A stretch of 63,660 nucleotides of DNA, counting the filler. It is 4 parts of 4 records of this genome, joined end to end, with 100 filler letters (N's around TTAATTAATTAA, not from the genome) between each part and the next. Parts side by side here need not be neighbours in the genome. Positions count along the whole stretch, not along the records: positions 48,798 to 63,660 come from SRR31156797_316; 3 more parts are not named here. The stretch is one strand, 5' to 3'. Position 1 is the first letter of the stretch; every line of letters starts with the position of its first letter. Shown here one piece after another: positions 59,423 to 63,660 of this stretch. The translations under genes were made by a program, and so were the position numbers. Below the pieces are notes generated by a model, which was not told the origin of the DNA, ran no database searches, and was given only the letters and a program-made list of their open reading frames with translations.

Positions 59423-60541
59423 TTATGGATTAATTTTTTTAAAGTAAGTATTTAATAGTTCCTGAGCTGCAGCAAAAGAACTCATTTCATCGTTCAGTAC
59501 TTTAGTCTTATAATTTTCAGTTAAGCTTGATAAATCCGGATTGTTATAAAAATTCGATTTAAGATTTTCATTAATCGTTTCAAACATCCAGTATTGGGAC
59601 TGCTCATTTCTTCGCTGCGTAAAGTAACTATTTTCTTTTGTTTTTACGACATACTCCTTCACCATTTCCCATAATTCAGAAACACCTAAATTTTCAAGAG
59701 CAGAATAAGTCTCTACTCTAGGTATCCAGCCCGACTTTGTTGGGGGGAATAAGTGTAAGGCATTGGTATATTCTGTTTTAGCCATGCGGGCTCTATCTAT
59801 ATTATTACCGTCAGCTTTATTGATAGCGATAGCATCAGCCATTTCCATTATGCCTCGTTTAATACCTTGCAATTCGTCTCCAGCTCCAGCCAACATGATC
59901 AATAAAAAGAAATCAACCATAGAGTGCACGGCAGTTTCGGATTGACCAACACCAACTGTTTCAATAAAGATGGTATCAAAACCGGCAGCCTCACATAAAA
60001 TGATGGTTTCTCGGGTTTTTCTTGCCACACCACCTAAAGAACCTGCTGAGGGTGAAGGGCGAATATAAGCATTGGCCTCGCCAGAAAGTTCTTCCATTCT
60101 GGTTTTGTCACCAAGGATACTTCCTTTAGATCTTTCACTACTTGGGTCAATAGCCAGCACCGCCAATTTTCCTCCTTGCTTAATGATGTGCATTCCAAGT
60201 GCTTCAATGGTTGTGCTTTTTCCGGCTCCAGGAACACCTGTAATTCCCAAGCGAATAGAATTACCGGCAAATGGTAAACATTTTTCAATGATTTGCTGAG
60301 CAATAATCTGGTGGTCGGGTTTTGAACTTTCAACTAAAGTAACTGCCTGACTTAACAAGGTTATATCTCCATTTCTGATTCCTTCAAAGAACTCATCAAC
60401 AGAAGGTAGTTTTCTTTTCTTTCTTAAAAAGCGTTGAGCAGCAGCTTTATTAACTGTTTCAATATTTTCAACGCCTTTATTTACAATTAGATTTTTAAAA
60501 TGAGGGTCGTTTTCTATATGGTGATGATCGTCCTGATTCAT
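59423..60541 (-). CDS. meaB: Methylmalonyl-CoA mutase-associated GTPase
   Basis: GITGVPGAGKST, DPSS, GDKTRM, ETVGVGQSE, GDELQGIKRGIME, NKAD. Confidence 0.95.
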   Translation of the reverse strand: MNQDDHHHIENDPHFKNLIVNKGVENIETVNKAAAQRFLRKKRKLPSVDEFFEGIRNGDITLLSQAVTLVESSKPDHQIIAQQIIEKCLPFAGNSIRLGITGVPGAGKSTTIEALGMHIIKQGGKLAVLAIDPSSERSKGSILGDKTRMEELSGEANAYIRPSPSAGSLGGVARKTRETIILCEAAGFDTIFIETVGVGQSETAVHSMVDFFLLIMLAGAGDELQGIKRGIMEMADAIAINKADGNNIDRARMAKTEYTNALHLFPPTKSGWIPRVETYSALENLGVSELWEMVKEYVVKTKENSYFTQRRNEQSQYWMFETINENLKSNFYNNPDLSSLTENYKTKVLNDEMSSFAAAQELLNTYFKKINP

Positions 60542-60637
60542 ATTAAAAAGTAATGTTTAAAAATGCGAATTTACATTTTAATCTTTATAAAATGGGAATA
60601 GCTTACATTTTAATCTCTGAAAGGTTATAAAACGTAA

Positions 60638-60678
60638 AAACGGAATATTTATGGAAATCATCCATAAATATTCCGTTT
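60638..60678 (-). terminator. Long perfect hairpin / terminator after the DUF1573 gene
   Basis: AAACGGAATATTTATGGA-aatca-TCCATAAATATTCCGTTT, an 18-bp perfect stem. Confidence 0.7.
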
Positions 60679-60697
60679 ATTAAATCGTAAAATATCC

Positions 60698-61780
60698 TTA
60701 GTTTGCTATCACCGTACCTTGAATTCGCAATAAAATATTGCTGGCTAAAGGGTCGTTTGTGATTACAGTAACGGACTTATTTTGTCGTCCTTTTTTACCT
60801 GCAGAATTAAATTCTGCGGTAATTGAAGTTTTTTCTCCGGGAGCAATGGTCGTTTTGGCTGGCTTAATTGCGGTACAACCACATGACGCTTTCACCTTTC
60901 TGATAATAAGATCAGTCTTACCTGTGTTGGTAATATAATAGGTGTGAGCTGTTTTATCTCCTTGCTTAATTTCTCCAAAATCAAATATTTTGTTATCAAC
61001 TTCAATTTTGGCAGCTTTGGATTTTTGATCTGCGCTCCAGCTGGCAAAATCTTCTTGAATGTTAGCATTAACACTAATTCTGTTTTTATAATTCTTTTCT
61101 CCATTTAAGGTTAAAAAGATTTGATCATAAACAAAACCCCAGTCGTTTTTGATTTTTGCATTGTACGTAGCTTCAATAACACCTTTCTGTCCAGGTTGTA
61201 GAATTTCAGGCTTAGCTTTTATCGTAATGTGCTCAGGCACTCTTTCAAAGCTTATAGATATTTGTTTATCTGAAGAATTTATTAATTCAACAGTTTCTGA
61301 TTTAGTTTCGGACGGTTCAATGCGAGTAAAGCTAATATGCGTTGATTTAAAACGTAAATCCCCAACTACTCTTGGATAAATATCTTCAACCGTTTTAGGT
61401 TTTTGTAAAACTTCACCTGTAATTCTTAAAACAGTATTCGCTTTTTCAGTATTGGCAGTAACTGTAATGGTTTTATTAAAATTTCCAGGTCTGTTTCTTG
61501 GATCAAATGTCGCTTTAATAAATCCTTTTGCTCCAGGAGCAATTGGAGTACGAGTCCACTCTGGTGTAGTACAACCACAGGATGCACGAACATTGTGAAT
61601 AACTAATGGCAAGCTTCCAGTGTTTGTGAAATTAAAGGAGTAGGTAACCTTACCGTTTTCTTCTTTTATTTTACCAAAATCATGAATTGTATTATTAAAT
61701 GAAAAGGCAGGTTTTGACTGTTGCCCGATCACCAATGACAATTGCATTAATGCGATAAATAAAAAAACTATCTTTCTCAT
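60698..61780 (-). CDS. Secreted DUF1573 (Ig-like) repeat protein
   Basis: Signal peptide; two DFG...NTG..L.I..V.ASCGCT repeats. Confidence 0.88.
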   Translation of the reverse strand: MRKIVFLFIALMQLSLVIGQQSKPAFSFNNTIHDFGKIKEENGKVTYSFNFTNTGSLPLVIHNVRASCGCTTPEWTRTPIAPGAKGFIKATFDPRNRPGNFNKTITVTANTEKANTVLRITGEVLQKPKTVEDIYPRVVGDLRFKSTHISFTRIEPSETKSETVELINSSDKQISISFERVPEHITIKAKPEILQPGQKGVIEATYNAKIKNDWGFVYDQIFLTLNGEKNYKNRISVNANIQEDFASWSADQKSKAAKIEVDNKIFDFGEIKQGDKTAHTYYITNTGKTDLIIRKVKASCGCTAIKPAKTTIAPGEKTSITAEFNSAGKKGRQNKSVTVITNDPLASNILLRIQGTVIAN

Positions 61781-62185
61781 AATTATAAAATTTTGTTGCT
61801 AATTATTACCTCTATCTATGAATTAATAATTAATAAGTATTGTAGTTAGTTTTTACTCTGAGATAGTAATTCGATACAAATCTAATAAAACAAATGTTTC
61901 TGCATGATTTGAATTGATGAATTAACATCATATTAACGCTATCCATTTGAATATATATGCAGAAAGTGTTGTATTTCCTATATAAATACTAGGTGTGATT
62001 ATAATCATGTTTTTCACAGTTGTAAAGCTATTAATATTGCCTTACTTTTAGATTGATAAAACAAATTCTAACCAAAGTCAACATTTTTTTATTAGCGTTG
62101 TTAGTTAATCGTTGAATCCATTTTATGTGATTTAACAATTCATGTTTTGGAATAATTTCATATTAAGCAAATATATTATAATCAT

Positions 62186-63577
62186 ATGCAATACGATTTA
62201 GTAGTTATTGGAAGTGGCCCTGGAGGCTATGTTGGAGCTATCAGAGCTTCGCAATTAGGATTAAAAGTGGCTGTTGTTGAAAAAGCGGAGTTGGGAGGTA
62301 TCTGTTTAAATTGGGGATGTATTCCAACAAAGTCATTATTAAAAAGTGCTTCTGTTTTTGAGTATATCAAGCATGCAGAATCATATGGAATAAAAATAGA
62401 AGGAGAGTCAAAAGCTGATTTTGATGCCATGGTGAAAAGAAGTAGGGAAGTGGCTGATGGCATGAGTAAAGGGATTCAGTTTTTGCTTAAGAAAAATAAA
62501 ATTGATGTGATCAATGGTTTTGGAAAACTGGTTGATAACAAAACAGTAGAAGTAAGTAAGGAAGATGGTTCTAAAGAAAGTGTAAGTGCCAAACATATTA
62601 TGCTGGCAACCGGAGCCCGAAGTAGAGAGCTTCCTAATTTACCACAAGATGGAGAAAAAGTAATCGGTTACAGAAAAGCACTAACACTGGATAAAAAACC
62701 GGAATCAATGATTGTTGTGGGTTCTGGAGCTATTGGGAGTGAGTTTGCTTACTTCTATAATTCAATAGGAACTAAGGTTACTTTGGTGGAGTACTTACCT
62801 AATATTGTGCCTTTAGAGGATGAAGAAGTTTCTAAACAGTTAGGACGTTCGTTTAAAAAAGCCGGAATTGATGTGATGGTTTCAGCGGAAGTGCTAAGTG
62901 TAGATACCAGCGGAGATAAGGTTAAAGCAGTTATTAAAACCAAAAAAGGAGAGGAAACTTACGAAGCAGATGTTGTATTATCTGCAGTAGGAATTTCTCC
63001 AAATTTGGAAGGCATAGGATTGGAAGAAGTGGGTGTTGCCGTTGAAAATGGTAAAATAAAAGTAGATGAATTCTACCGTACTTCTGTAGAAGGGATCTAT
63101 GCAATTGGAGATATTGTTCCGGGGCAAGCTCTAGCACATGTGGCTTCTGCAGAGGCTATCACTTGTGTTGAGAAAATTGCGGGGCATCATCCAGAACCAA
63201 TCAATTATGGAAATATTCCTGGGTGTACTTATACATCTCCGGAAGTAGCTTCGGTAGGAATGACTGAAAAAGCAGCCAAAGAAGCCGGATATGAATTGAA
63301 GGTTGGTAAATTTCCTTTCTCTGCATCAGGAAAGGCAAGTGCGGCAGGGCATAAAGATGGCTTTGTTAAATTAATATTTGATGCAAAATATGGAGAGTTG
63401 TTGGGAGCACATATGGTAGGAGCCAATGTTACTGAAATGATTGCAGAGCTGGTTGTTGCTCGTAAATTAGAAACGACTGGTTTGGAATTGATTAAATCAG
63501 TGCATCCTCACCCAACATTGTCAGAAGCTGTTATGGAGGCAGCAGCAGCAGCTTACGATGAAGTGATACATATTTAG
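62186..63577 (+). CDS. lpdA: Dihydrolipoyl dehydrogenase
   Basis: GSGPGG, GGICLNWGCIPTK, GSGAIG, HPHPTLSE. Confidence 0.97.
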   Translation: MQYDLVVIGSGPGGYVGAIRASQLGLKVAVVEKAELGGICLNWGCIPTKSLLKSASVFEYIKHAESYGIKIEGESKADFDAMVKRSREVADGMSKGIQFLLKKNKIDVINGFGKLVDNKTVEVSKEDGSKESVSAKHIMLATGARSRELPNLPQDGEKVIGYRKALTLDKKPESMIVVGSGAIGSEFAYFYNSIGTKVTLVEYLPNIVPLEDEEVSKQLGRSFKKAGIDVMVSAEVLSVDTSGDKVKAVIKTKKGEETYEADVVLSAVGISPNLEGIGLEEVGVAVENGKIKVDEFYRTSVEGIYAIGDIVPGQALAHVASAEAITCVEKIAGHHPEPINYGNIPGCTYTSPEVASVGMTEKAAKEAGYELKVGKFPFSASGKASAAGHKDGFVKLIFDAKYGELLGAHMVGANVTEMIAELVVARKLETTGLELIKSVHPHPTLSEAVMEAAAAAYDEVIHI

Positions 63578-63600
63578 AGATATTTGAACTTATTTAATAT

Positions 63601-63635
63601 GGGTTCTCAGCATCGAGCTGAGAACCCTTTTTTTT
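63601..63635 (+). terminator. Intrinsic terminator after lpdA
   Basis: GGGTTCTCAGC-atcga-GCTGAGAACCC followed by a T-run. Confidence 0.9.
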
Positions 63636-63660
63636 ATTGGTCTCAGAAGTTGGATGAATT

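Noticed and set aside
61781-62185. AT-rich 400-nt divergent intergenic region with ATTAAC repeats at 61921 and 61932
   Set aside because: No convincing hairpin, ORF or array; two short repeats are expected by chance at this AT content.
1-63660. CRISPR arrays, rRNA, transposases, integrases, reverse transcriptase/retron elements
   Set aside because: No regularly spaced repeats or diagnostic motifs were found by eye or in the ORF track.

Overview
The window is not one locus. It is four unrelated contigs joined by identical 100-nt artificial linkers (N44-TTAATTAATTAA-N44 at 10125-10224, 32384-32483 and 48698-48797). Contig A (1-10124, probably deltaproteobacterial/Desulfobacterota) carries lutB(partial)-lutC, an RND efflux set whose TolC has an extra N-terminal substrate-binding-like domain, and an RhlB-like DEAD-box helicase. 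Contig B (10225-32383, Bacteroidales-like) carries a tRNA-Val fragment, the Na+-pumping methylmalonyl-CoA decarboxylase cluster, two class III cyclases, purN, acpP-fabF-rnc, pgi, an RprXY-like two-component pair and a Mrp/Mnh antiporter operon. Contig C (32484-48697) is the most interesting part: ten closely packed minus-strand genes, almost all overlapping. In order they encode a PHP-ABC ATPase (Ppl/TrlF-like, truncated), a Schlafen/AlbA_2 protein, two probable winged-helix proteins, a 1353-aa AAA+-like ATPase, a 290-aa unknown, a NurA with a degenerate catalytic motif, HerA, a PD-(D/E)XK-like nuclease and a Ser/Thr kinase-TPR protein. I do not recognise this combination as any named system, and it is a candidate new anti-phage or DNA-end-processing system. 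Contig D (48798-63660, AT-rich Bacteroidetes) is housekeeping: gcvP (partial), rsmI, tdk, murF-alr, meaB and lpdA. All family calls come from motifs read by eye; no database searches were run, and taxonomic guesses are inference.
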